Assembly: GCA_000092065.1 (NCBI GenBank)
Contig: CP000581.1
Origin: Ostreococcus lucimarinus
Lineage: Eukaryota
Reading direction: 5' to 3' (one strand)
Length of the DNA: 64,000 bases
In this document: positions 30,769 through 40,152 of the stretch, in pieces
Layout of the letters: every line of letters begins with the position of its first letter
Position numbering within the stretch: position 1 is the stretch's first letter
The notes under the pieces: generated by a model
What the model saw: only the letters and a program-made list of their open reading frames with translations
What the model was told of the DNA's origin: nothing
Database searches by the model: none
Position numbers and translations under genes: made by a program

Positions 30769-31710
30769 TCAACCGCGGAAGCCAAACGATGAAAGCCCTT
30801 GTAAGATGCCGAGTGCTTCGCGCTCCGTCGCGAGAAAGACGCGGTCGACCGCGAGCTCGCCCTTTGCCACGCGATCATTCGCCCATTCGCGAAGCTCCGA
30901 CTCAGCATTTCCTACTATGATACATCTCGTCTGCCCCGATAACATTAAGATATCGTTCCCGCTGTCCCCACAGGCCACGGTCTCTAGAAGTTCAAAGCCT
31001 AACTGTTTTCGCACGTATTCCAAGCTTTCTAATTTCCCCGCCCCCGCGCTCACGCAGTCCACGAACTTCCAACCGCCCGAACCGCTGATGATGATCTTAT
31101 ATTCTAATCCGTTCGACTCGCACGCGCTTCGTATGGTATCCTCCACTACATTCACGAGCTCATCCTTCACTCCCACCGTGACTTTGTGTCTGTTCTGTTC
31201 ATCTGCAGGTCGAAAGTGCGCATTGTCATCGCCGCACGCATCGATCGCTCCTCGTGCCGCCGCCGTAACGACATCACAGCACCAGTTGACGTCTAGTGCC
31301 GCCGTCCACTCGGCGTCTTCGACCCATGGGCGCGAAACGTCGCCGCTCGGTTGAAACACTTTTGTGCCTACTGCGCAGATGAGGCCATCCGGCTCAACCA
31401 TGACTTGCGATTTCGTCTCGATAAGCTTGGTGAACGACTCAAGCGATCGTCCGGTGGAGTACACGAGCTTAGACCCAGGAGGTTTTGCGCTCGATTCCCA
31501 AAATTCTCGGAACGAGCGCGTGTATTCGTCGTTCCCAACCATGGTGCCATCGAGATCGGAGACAATCAAAACGGGTGTTTGAGCCGATTTATCGACCGAC
31601 GTCGACGCTGCGGCGGCACGCACGCCGCGAGATCGACAGACAACAATATTTGACGCGTGATTGGCGCGCGCTAGGCGCGTGGGAGCGATCGAAGCTGCGC
31701 CGAGTCGCAT
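30769..31710 (-). CDS. sucrose-6-phosphate phosphatase-like HAD-IIB hydrolase (phosphatase domain only) with N-terminal presequence
   Basis: VLIVSDLDGTMVGNDE (motif I), KLVYSTGRSLESF, KIIISGSGGWKFVDCVSAGAGK, ACGDSGNDILML (motif IV); ATG 31710 verified. Confidence 0.7.
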   Translation of the reverse strand: MRLGAASIAPTRLARANHASNIVVCRSRGVRAAAASTSVDKSAQTPVLIVSDLDGTMVGNDEYTRSFREFWESSAKPPGSKLVYSTGRSLESFTKLIETKSQVMVEPDGLICAVGTKVFQPSGDVSRPWVEDAEWTAALDVNWCCDVVTAAARGAIDACGDDNAHFRPADEQNRHKVTVGVKDELVNVVEDTIRSACESNGLEYKIIISGSGGWKFVDCVSAGAGKLESLEYVRKQLGFELLETVACGDSGNDILMLSGQTRCIIVGNAESELREWANDRVAKGELAVDRVFLATEREALGILQGLSSFGFRG

Positions 31711-31831
31711 GTCGAGTTATGTGGATACCGTAGACCCGTACGTTTCGGTGTCAACTTTTCGTCAAAAAATTCTACAGCATCGTTCTATATGAGGATATCT
31801 ATCGGGCGCAAGTCATAAACACATCATTCTC

Positions 31832-32410
31832 TCACGCCGTCTTCGCCGCCGCGCGCTTCGCCTTGATGTCAGCCACCGCGGATCGAATCGCATCCTCGGC
31901 GAGCATCGAACAGTGCAACTTCACCGGCGGCAAGTTCAAATGTTTCGCTATGTCCTGATTCTTGATCGTCACCGCCTCATCTACGTGCGTGCCTTTGATC
32001 CATTCCGTCGCCACCGAGCTCGACGCGATCGCACTTCCGCATCCGAACGTCTTGAAGCACGAGTCCACGATGTTGCCCTCGTCGTCCACCTTAATCTGCA
32101 GCTTCATCACGTCCCCGCACGCGGGAGCCCCGACGACGCCCGTGCCGACGTTCAGATCGCTCTTATCGAACGAACCAACATTTCTTGGGTTTTCGTAATG
32201 ATCCACCACCTGCGATGCGCGCGTCGCACGCCTCGGTTAGTCTCATTCTTGGCTTTCTCTTCGAGTCGCGTCGACGACGACGATTCCACCGCGCGCTTCC
32301 GTCGCGCGCACCTTTTTGTCGTAGGCGCGTTCGAAAACTCGAGAGCACGCGACGGATTTCGCGCTCGTCGTCCCTCGGCGCGCCGTTCGTTCGATCGCAC
32401 GTCGTAACAT
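31832..32410 (-). CDS. ISCU: iron-sulfur cluster assembly scaffold IscU/ISU1 (mitochondrial); two exons: exon1 ~32312..32410 (MLRRAIERTARRGTTSAKSVACSRVFERAYDKK), intron ~32210..32311, exon2 31832..32209 (VDHYENPRNVG...)
   Basis: exon2 has LNVGTGVVGAPACGDVMKLQIKVDDEGNIVDSCFKTFGCGSAIASSS...LPPVKLHCSMLAEDAI (three Cys ligands, LPPVK); junction reconstitutes the conserved ...YDKKVVDHYENPRNVG; donor GTGCGC..., acceptor ...TCGCAG; exon1 is 99 nt (phase 0). Confidence 0.8.
32210..32311 (-). other. GC-rich spliceosomal intron (~102 nt) of the IscU gene
   Basis: GTGCGCGCGACGG...CGCATCGCAG between presequence exon and core exon. Confidence 0.6.
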
Positions 32411-32570
32411 ATCGCGTTGTCGCGCGCGAAGTGACGTCGGGGGCCTGCGACCACGGCGCTGGGGGGGGCGATCGGGGCGACACGAGGCGGCGCTCGAGCT
32501 CGTCAGCGCGGGTCTGAAACGCGTGCGTGAGCGAAATTTGCAGAAGTGTGGTGGGCTAATAATATTTTGA

Positions 32571-34670
32571 CTAAACGTTTTCTAGGTCTCCAAGAACTCT
32601 ACGGCTCGACTGGCTCGTTTGCCTGTTGACGAGCCTGTCGACGAGCGTGCGCGTGGAGTCAGCCGTGGAGGTTCCCATGGAGGTGATGGACTGCGACGCC
32701 TCGGTACTGCCCGCGGCTAAATCAGAAAGCACCGCGGCGACTTTATCCGGGAAGTGATCGGCGAAGAATCCGTACTGAATCATCATCCCACGGTCCATGA
32801 GTTCGTGGGCTTCCACGAGGCGCGGGGCGTATGAACCATTGGGAAGCCGGAGCAAGTGAATGAGTTGTCCCGGAGGATGCAACGGCGCCGCCATCATGGG
32901 TGTCGAGTCGACTTGCGCCCGTGAGAACGTTCTGAAATCCTCGCGAAGCGCTGTAGACTCACTCGCCGCACTTTCTGGGTCAAGAACGTCAGAAATTTGC
33001 AACTTGGTGCCGTTGAACGTCATTCGCATCATCAAAGAAAACTTGTTCAGCTTTGCGTTGGTCAGCGAGTCCATCATGTCGCTACGGAGCTTCAACAACA
33101 CTGGTCCCGATAGTCGACAGAATAAATCACAGTGATGCACCGTGCTATACGTCCAAGCCTTAGTGATATTGCTTAACTTTGGACTCAACACGCCTCCAGG
33201 AGGTTCGATGCACCACACTTTCAAGTTGGGAAACTTTTTGCGAAGATGCAAGGACAACGCGGCGGCGACGCCCGCGCCCAAGGAGTGCCCAGTTAAGACC
33301 AAGTCCCAGTCGTGACAATCGACGGCGCTGCTCGGAAGCGGCGCACTCTCTGCGGACGGCTGCTCTCCTAAAATTGTCTGTTCTAAAATTCGATTCGCGT
33401 TCAAGTCCGAGAGAATAAAATTGGTCGCTCGAAAAACGCCCGAGTGCACGTGAAGATCAGAACCTTGAAGTCCTGGCTCATGTATGGCATCGGCGTTTAA
33501 CATGCACGGCTTATACATGCTATCCGTGACACAGTCTGCGATGCTCAATGTACCCCGTACCGAGAGCACCACCGCCTTGCGACGAACGTCTCGAGCAATA
33601 AAATATGGCGGTTCACCAATGCCGTTCGCCATCGACACGTAAAACAAATCATCCGACGCAATCCCCGCGCACTTTTTCAACGCTTCACGGTTCAAATCGT
33701 GCGGATCGCGATGGTCCTGCGATTTCCTCAAGCATTTTCGACAACCGCAACAACTCATGCATGCCTCGGACGAACACGCCATTCCGATGCCGGAACGCGG
33801 ATCCGCCCAAGCGAACAGCGCCCATCCGTACGCTGCGAGCGCCCATCGAGAATAATGTGCTGCATCCTCGTACATCGCGTTGAGAGACTTGTACGGCGCG
33901 AGCGCGTCCGAATCTGTTGCGAGCGGCTTACCCAACGGCTCGTTCTCGATCATGTGTCTATGCTGAATCGCGAGCAAGCCCATGCCTGCGGCGATGTCGC
34001 TCGGAACCACATCTGCGCCCTGAAAAACCTCCGCGAAACAATTTGCTACGTGACCTAACGTCCCTTGCTCCGCTAACTGCCTGTCCACTTCGGGATCCTC
34101 CGTTCTCTCTCGACGTCTGATGCACAAAACCGTCGCGATGATGTTGAAAATCTTGTACCACTTTTGATCGCTCGGTAAGTGTCCAAACATGCTAAACATC
34201 AGCATAATTCCACAGAAATGCACGCCGATGACGATGAAATTCCCAATGATGATGCTCAACACCATTCCCCGCACGCGTGCGCGATCCATGCACGCCGATA
34301 ACTCCGCATCCACAACAGTACCCAAAATTGTAAACGCAATGTCCACGGACAACAGGAACAAGTGCGCGTACAAGAAGTATGGCACCAAACGTCTCTTCTC
34401 CGGTTCTAAGATTCTCCCTCGCAGGGAGAGATGAAGCAGGATCGCCTCTACGCACAGCGCGACGAAATAACACGAGAACGTCGCGTAAAACCATGCCATC
34501 GCGTGTTCCCCGCCCGCGCAGTTTTGTCGCAACGTCCTGTGCGCGCGCTCGTACACCACCAATATGATCACGCACCACAGCGTGTGCACCGTCATCAATC
34601 CCGCCATGGGCAGCGGCAAATCATCGCTCGACAACAGCCAGTGGCGTCCGAACAAGCGAATGGCCGGCAT
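32571..34670 (-). CDS. sn1-specific diacylglycerol lipase-like protein (lipase class 3 catalytic domain preceded by multi-pass TM region)
   Basis: DLVLTGHSLGAGVAAALSLHLRKKFPNLKVWCIEPPGG (GHSLG nucleophile elbow), N-terminal hydrophobic helices; first 119 codons of track ORF (Arg-rich) trimmed; ATG ~34670. Confidence 0.7.
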   Translation of the reverse strand: MPAIRLFGRHWLLSSDDLPLPMAGLMTVHTLWCVIILVVYERAHRTLRQNCAGGEHAMAWFYATFSCYFVALCVEAILLHLSLRGRILEPEKRRLVPYFLYAHLFLLSVDIAFTILGTVVDAELSACMDRARVRGMVLSIIIGNFIVIGVHFCGIMLMFSMFGHLPSDQKWYKIFNIIATVLCIRRRERTEDPEVDRQLAEQGTLGHVANCFAEVFQGADVVPSDIAAGMGLLAIQHRHMIENEPLGKPLATDSDALAPYKSLNAMYEDAAHYSRWALAAYGWALFAWADPRSGIGMACSSEACMSCCGCRKCLRKSQDHRDPHDLNREALKKCAGIASDDLFYVSMANGIGEPPYFIARDVRRKAVVLSVRGTLSIADCVTDSMYKPCMLNADAIHEPGLQGSDLHVHSGVFRATNFILSDLNANRILEQTILGEQPSAESAPLPSSAVDCHDWDLVLTGHSLGAGVAAALSLHLRKKFPNLKVWCIEPPGGVLSPKLSNITKAWTYSTVHHCDLFCRLSGPVLLKLRSDMMDSLTNAKLNKFSLMMRMTFNGTKLQISDVLDPESAASESTALREDFRTFSRAQVDSTPMMAAPLHPPGQLIHLLRLPNGSYAPRLVEAHELMDRGMMIQYGFFADHFPDKVAAVLSDLAAGSTEASQSITSMGTSTADSTRTLVDRLVNRQTSQSSRRVLGDLENV

Positions 34671-35488
34671 ACCGCGCGCGCGCGATCTTCCCGCGTCGCT
34701 CCCGCGCAGGCGTCTCTCGGACCGTGTGATTCGCGCGTCGCTCGCGCCTCTCGCCTCTCGCCTCGCGCGCGCGTCTCGGCGCCTCGCGCGGCGCGACGAA
34801 CGCCCGCGCCTTCGTTCGCGCGCCGCGCTCGATCGCCGCGCTCGATCGCCGCGTTCGATCGACGACGCGCGCGTCGATTTGCCGCGCAACACCATTGTTG
34901 GTCCAGAGCAAAAAGAGCGAAATTCGACCGACCGGCGTGTCGGGAAAGACGACGGCGCGCGGCAGAAGACGCCGCCACCATGGTCGCGCGCGGTGCGACG
35001 GTGTGCGTGGGAGCGCGGTGTGGACACGCCTCTTGGCGTGCGCGCGAGAGACGAACGACGAGGTGCGCGCGACTACGACACGAAACGACGAGACGACGAC
35101 GCGCGTGCTGAATTTGAAATTTCAATCGGCGCGCGAGGCTGCGCGACGATGACGCGTTCGGGTTCGCGATCGAGCGGTCGTGGGACGAGACAGGGCGCGA
35201 AAGACTGACGCAGATGCGGTGCCGTGCGGTGATGCCGACCTTAGGCGTGTCGATCGTGGTGGGTGGCTCGACGGCGACGCGAGACTATCGACGCGAGGCG
35301 GACGCGTCGACGCTTCGGTGGCGGAGGGCGAGACGACGTGGCGAGGGGATTCGGGAAGTGATGCGGACGATGGAACGAGCGTGCAGGATGGTAGGGAATG
35401 GTACACGTTTAAGCACGGAGAGAACGTGCGGTGGTTGGTGGAACAGAGTGGGTTAGACTGGGCCACTCTGGAGCAACTGAATCCAGAC

Positions 35489-38400
35489 ATGGATTTGACG
35501 ACGACGTTTCCGGGAGATAGAATTGTTATCCGTGGACCACCGAGTTTAAAGCCGAACGATCGTGTGGTTGCAGCAGTGGTGGCACAACCGACGTCTTCCG
35601 TCGTGGTGACGCCAAGATTATCGACGTGGAGCTCACCCGTCGCATTAGCGGGTGTGCTCATCGTGGGTATCGTCACCGGCGCAGCTTTCGCGGGGAAAAG
35701 GCGGCTATCCACGGTCATCATGGCGCTCACGGGGAACGCGGACCCACAACTCGAGGCAAAAGACAACGAAATTGACGCTCTCAGAGCCCACCTGGATGTC
35801 GCGGAACGTGATCTCACGGACATGCGAGAGAAGTGGCTGAGGAACGAACAGTCGCTGGAAAACTTGCAACAGCTCCTGGAAAGTGCGTCGCGAGCCGACG
35901 CATCTTTGAGAGACCAAATCAGCGTGCTGAAAGAGTCCCTAGACTCAAGAAATAACGATGTCAAACGTCTCGAAAGCTCGAACGCTGAAGCCAATGAGCT
36001 TGCGGAGCAGTACAAAACCAAGCTTAAGAACGCTCAAGGTGAAGTTGACGCGCTGCGGGAAACTGAGAGAAACAGTGCGTCTCAACTTGCCCAAGTCACG
36101 CAGATGACAACGCAGTACGAAGGCGATATTTTGAGTTATAAAAGTAAATTATTGGACATCGAGGCGGAGCTGATGGCTCTCAGAGAGCTCAACGACGGTT
36201 ATTCTGATGAAGCAAATACCTCAAAAGAAAAGTACAAAGAGACACTGAGCGAAATTGCCAAAGTGACAGAGTTGAATGACAAGCTCGAGGCAGAGCTTTC
36301 AAAAACGAACGAACAGGTGATAAATCATCTAAACCAGCTAGCCATTCATAAGCACGACATGGAAAAGCTGGAATTAGAACTCGCGGCTTCTCGCAACGAT
36401 CTGTCAGAGTTGACGGTTGATTTTGAAAGCGCGAATACAAAATTGAGTTCACTTACGTCTGAACTGGAAGATAGCCGATCAGAGGCACTCGCATACTCGA
36501 ATGAGCTTCAAACTGTGAAAACCGACCTCGAGATTTCGATGGACGAACTCGAAACACTCAGAAAAAGTCTTAAAGCTTCGCAAGATCACGTTTCAGAATA
36601 TGAGATCAATCTCTCGGGTTACAAAACAAAGCTCGAAATGGTTCAATCGTCGCTTGAGATATCTCGTAATGAAGCCACAAGCTATCATGATGATCTTACT
36701 TTAAATAAACGTGAACTTGAGGAGGTGCGCGATGGACTTGAGCAGATAACGAGCGAGCTACGAGCTTCAAAGACTGAAAATTCCAGCTTATCTGATGAAC
36801 TCGACTGCTTAAAAAGCGAGCTTGAAATGCTTCAATCACAACTTGCTACTGCGAATGACGAGTCCTCAACACTCTCGATCGATCTTGCAGGGATTAAAAG
36901 TAAGCTCGAAATGGCTGAAAAAGCTCTGGAAGAGTCTCGCAATCAGGCATCTGGGTATAAGGGCGAGCTGGAAGTAGCACGTAATGAGGCTGTACAATTG
37001 TCTAGCGAGCTCATGGGCTTGAAAGTTAAGGTAGACGAGTTGGAGGTAGCGCTCAATGAAACCAGCGGAGAGTCGTCGACTCTTTCCATCGACCTCGCTG
37101 GTTTCAAGAGCAAGCTAGCAATGGTCGAGGAAGCTCTCGAGCAAGCGCGCACGCAGTCCTCTGAGTATGAAGGCGAGCTCGCTCGCGCTCGCGAGGCGCT
37201 CGAGAATGAGGCAAACGAGAAGAGATCCATGGAAGAGAAGTTTTCGAAGATGTGCGAGGAGCTATCTCAGCAGGGCATGCAAGCGTCGGAGGAAGGGGGA
37301 CGCCTAGAGCGCGAGCTCGCTTACACTCGCGAGGCGCTCGAGAATGAGGCAAACGAGAAGAGATCCATGGAGGAGAAGTTTTCAAAGACGTGCGAAGAGT
37401 TATCTCAGCAGGGCATGCAGGCGTCGCAGGAAGTTGATCGCCTGCAAGGTGAGTTGCAAAAGTCTAGAACCGCACTTGATAAAGCTAACGGCGAATCTTC
37501 ACTTCTTTCCATTGACCTCGCTGGTTTCAAGAGCAAGCTAGCAATGGTCGAGGAAGCTCTCGAGCAAGCGCGCATGCAGTCCTCTGAGTATGAAGGCGAG
37601 CTCGCTCGCGCTCGCGAGGCGCTCGAGAATGAGGCAAACGAGAAGAGATCCATGGAAGAGAAGTTTTCGAAGATGTGCGAGGAGCTATCTCAGCAGGGCA
37701 TGCAAGCGTCGGAGGAAGTTGATCGCCTGCAAGGTGAGTTGCAGGCGGCGCAAGCGGCGCTCGATAGCGCGTCGGGCGAGTCGTCGACTCTTTCCATCGA
37801 CCTCACTGGTTTCAAGAGCAAGCTAGCAATGGTCGAGGAAGCTCTCGAGCAAGCGCGCACGCAGTCCTCTGAGTATGAAGGCGAGCTCGCTCGCGCTCGC
37901 GAGGCGCTCGAGAATGAGGCAAACGAGAAGAGATCCATGGAAGAGAAGTTTTCGAAGATGTGCGAGGAGCTATCTCAGCAGGGCATGCAAGCGTCGGAGG
38001 AAGGGGGACGCCTAGAGCGCGAGCTCGCTCGCGCTCGCGAGGCGCTCGAGAATGAGGCAAACGAGAAGAGATCCATGGAAGAGAAGTTTTCGAAGATGTG
38101 CGAGGAGCTATCTCAGCAGGGCATGCAAGCGTCGGAGGAAGTTGATCGCCTGCAAGGTGAGTTGCAGGCGGCGCAAGCGGCGCTCGATAGCGCGGTGCGG
38201 GATTCAACGGAGATTCGCATTTCTGCTGATGGCTACAAGATGAATCTTGAAGCAGCGCAATGCGAGCTTGATGCGTTACGATCGCAAAGCGGTGACACGT
38301 CATCAGACCTTACAGAATATAAGAACAAGGTTGAATCATTGCAGTCCGAGCTTTTGTCTGCCCGTGAGGACTCTATGAAAACAGCAGAGGCTTTATCGCG

Positions 38401-39805
38401 AGAACAAATCAAATTTCAAGGCATGGAGGAAAAGTTGGCAAATATCGTAGCATCGAGCGGGGCAGACAACGTTGAGATTGAAACTTATAAATCACGGCTT
38501 GCGAGCAGTGAATTAGAACTCGAAACTCTTAGGGTGAAAGCAGCGGTAAATGCTGAAGAAGCAGAAAAGTATCAAGTAAATCTCATCGACGCCCGTGAGG
38601 AAGTTGCAAGATTAGCCGATGAAATTGGCGAGTGGAAGAGCAAAGCAGATTCTCTCGAACACCAACTCGGTCAAGTTCAGATGGAGCACCCCGACAAAGA
38701 TGAAGATGCAGAAAAAAATCGTCAGCTTGAGGACGAGTTAGAACTCTTAAAAGAAAAAGTCTCAGCGTCATCGGCTGAAATAGAGTCATACATGGGTAAG
38801 TTGGAGCACGCGGAATCTGAACTTTCAGTGATGCGAGCTGAGATTGAAGGAGGAAAACACGAAAGATCCGAACAAAACCAGGAAGTGATCGCGCGCATGC
38901 AAATTGAAGTTAGTGCAGCAAATGAGCGAGCTGATCGCTATAAGCAGCGTTTGCTTGAGCTCGAGGAAAATATGCAGCTCAAGTTAGAATCCCTTGAGTC
39001 GATTGCTGAATTTTCTGAAACAGAGGAAGTGCGATTGCTGCAGGAACAAATTTCGAGGCTTGAGTCAGAAAACGCCGAGGCGAACTCAATGCTGAAAAAC
39101 ATGGAACAGGATATAGCGAAAATGCGTGTCTCTTCTATCGAGCCTTCTCAGTCTCCAATGTGGCTGATCGAGGAAGAGCGGCGTGACATGGAATTATCTA
39201 TGCTTGAAGCGAGACAAGCAGCACAGCTCTCATTGGCACAAGTGTCGCAGGCGGTAACCAAAATGAGACAACAAGCGCGAGGCGAGCTGGTTTCGCATGC
39301 CATCTCTTGCGAGTTCAAAGTACGCAAAGATGTTGGCGAACATCAATTCCTTTGTTTGGTAGGAAGTTGGCACGAGTGGGATGTACAGACAGCTGATTAC
39401 ATGCAGCGCGGCGCTGATGGTACCTGGCAAGTTGCCATCACGCTCTTTGCAGATGAGGCGTACGAATATAAATACTGTGTTTGCGAGGTAAATGAGCACG
39501 GTCAGCGTGTTCCAATAGAGTGGCAAGTAGGCCACAATCACGGCTTTGCCTTCGATTCAAATCTAATCGTCAATCAGAACATGAAGGCCAAGGCGCAGAT
39601 CCGAGATAAATTTCTCGCGGATCCAGCGCATACCCCAATAATCTTATTTGGGCCAAATGGTGAAAAGTTTGAGACGGGTAGTACGGCGCTGCTCCACAAC
39701 TTCTCGAATCACATCGCTGAAAGTGGATTTGAGAATTTGCGAACGAGTCTTGAGCGTTTAAATGCCATCCTCGCGAAGTCACAGCGTAAAAATCTTGAGG
39801 CGTAG
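35489..39805 (+). CDS. giant coiled-coil protein (>=1440 aa) with internal near-identical tandem repeats and C-terminal CBM20-like starch-binding module; an in-frame upstream extension (35180..35488, no ATG) would add a LysM-like segment before a single hydrophobic helix
   Basis: continuous 4.6-kb ORF, AT-richer than neighbours; heptad-rich E/K/L/S sequence; CBM20-like FKVRKDVGEHQFLCLVGSWHEWDVQTADYMQRGADGTWQVAITLFADEAYEYKYCVCEVNEHGQRVPIEWQVGHNHGF; hydrophobic segment VALAGVLIVGIVTGAAFAG; start codon uncertain (alternatives ATG 35726 or 35828). Confidence 0.65.
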   Translation: MDLTTTFPGDRIVIRGPPSLKPNDRVVAAVVAQPTSSVVVTPRLSTWSSPVALAGVLIVGIVTGAAFAGKRRLSTVIMALTGNADPQLEAKDNEIDALRAHLDVAERDLTDMREKWLRNEQSLENLQQLLESASRADASLRDQISVLKESLDSRNNDVKRLESSNAEANELAEQYKTKLKNAQGEVDALRETERNSASQLAQVTQMTTQYEGDILSYKSKLLDIEAELMALRELNDGYSDEANTSKEKYKETLSEIAKVTELNDKLEAELSKTNEQVINHLNQLAIHKHDMEKLELELAASRNDLSELTVDFESANTKLSSLTSELEDSRSEALAYSNELQTVKTDLEISMDELETLRKSLKASQDHVSEYEINLSGYKTKLEMVQSSLEISRNEATSYHDDLTLNKRELEEVRDGLEQITSELRASKTENSSLSDELDCLKSELEMLQSQLATANDESSTLSIDLAGIKSKLEMAEKALEESRNQASGYKGELEVARNEAVQLSSELMGLKVKVDELEVALNETSGESSTLSIDLAGFKSKLAMVEEALEQARTQSSEYEGELARAREALENEANEKRSMEEKFSKMCEELSQQGMQASEEGGRLERELAYTREALENEANEKRSMEEKFSKTCEELSQQGMQASQEVDRLQGELQKSRTALDKANGESSLLSIDLAGFKSKLAMVEEALEQARMQSSEYEGELARAREALENEANEKRSMEEKFSKMCEELSQQGMQASEEVDRLQGELQAAQAALDSASGESSTLSIDLTGFKSKLAMVEEALEQARTQSSEYEGELARAREALENEANEKRSMEEKFSKMCEELSQQGMQASEEGGRLERELARAREALENEANEKRSMEEKFSKMCEELSQQGMQASEEVDRLQGELQAAQAALDSAVRDSTEIRISADGYKMNLEAAQCELDALRSQSGDTSSDLTEYKNKVESLQSELLSAREDSMKTAEALSREQIKFQGMEEKLANIVASSGADNVEIETYKSRLASSELELETLRVKAAVNAEEAEKYQVNLIDAREEVARLADEIGEWKSKADSLEHQLGQVQMEHPDKDEDAEKNRQLEDELELLKEKVSASSAEIESYMGKLEHAESELSVMRAEIEGGKHERSEQNQEVIARMQIEVSAANERADRYKQRLLELEENMQLKLESLESIAEFSETEEVRLLQEQISRLESENAEANSMLKNMEQDIAKMRVSSIEPSQSPMWLIEEERRDMELSMLEARQAAQLSLAQVSQAVTKMRQQARGELVSHAISCEFKVRKDVGEHQFLCLVGSWHEWDVQTADYMQRGADGTWQVAITLFADEAYEYKYCVCEVNEHGQRVPIEWQVGHNHGFAFDSNLIVNQNMKAKAQIRDKFLADPAHTPIILFGPNGEKFETGSTALLHNFSNHIAESGFENLRTSLERLNAILAKSQRKNLEA
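37060..38210. repeat. in-frame tandem repeat array: ~3 copies of a ~288-nt (96-aa) unit, two of which carry an extra nested 126-nt (42-aa) duplication; copies near-identical at DNA level; older diverged ~70-aa units extend upstream to ~36400
   Basis: repeated peptide ESSTLSIDLAGFKSKLAMVEEALEQARTQSSEYEGELARAREALENEANEKRSMEEKFSKMCEELSQQGMQASEEVDRLQGELQAAQAALDSA; identical spurious antisense ORF peptides (37104..37385, 37405..37653, 37690..37938, 37812..38303) prove nucleotide-level identity. Confidence 0.85.
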
Positions 39806-40152
39806 ATCAGTAGCAAAATGTTGGGGCGAGATTCCTTCAGGCATAGATTCCTTCAGGCTTAGACACGAAGTAGTTCTTCCTTAACAAATTCAATTTCAAA
39901 ACAAACTATAAATTTTATTTACTGAGCGGCTGCACATGTACTAAGTAATGTCGTTTAATATTCTCCTGGCGATGCGACGAGTATCCCACCTTGCGTCAAG
40001 TCTGCCCATTTCAAACACTTCACTGCACGGCGTGTCGCTACGCTTGCGGCGCGCGCGCTACGACTCTGAATTGACGCAACGTCCAGGTCGCACGCATTAG
40101 CCGAACGCGCTCCACGCGTCGTCGTGCACAGTCAAATACGCTCGACGGCGAG

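Noticed and set aside
35180-35488. Calling the LysM-like segment as definite coding sequence and start of the giant gene
   Set aside because: The track 'M' here is a GTG; there is no in-frame ATG before 35489 and no obvious upstream exon. I therefore report the CDS from the first ATG and flag the LysM-like extension only as a hypothesis.
37104-38303. Four minus-strand ORFs (37104..37385, 37405..37653, 37690..37938, 37812..38303) with identical peptide segments
   Set aside because: They are antisense read-throughs of the in-frame tandem repeat array in the plus-strand coiled-coil gene; their identity simply reflects DNA repeat identity.
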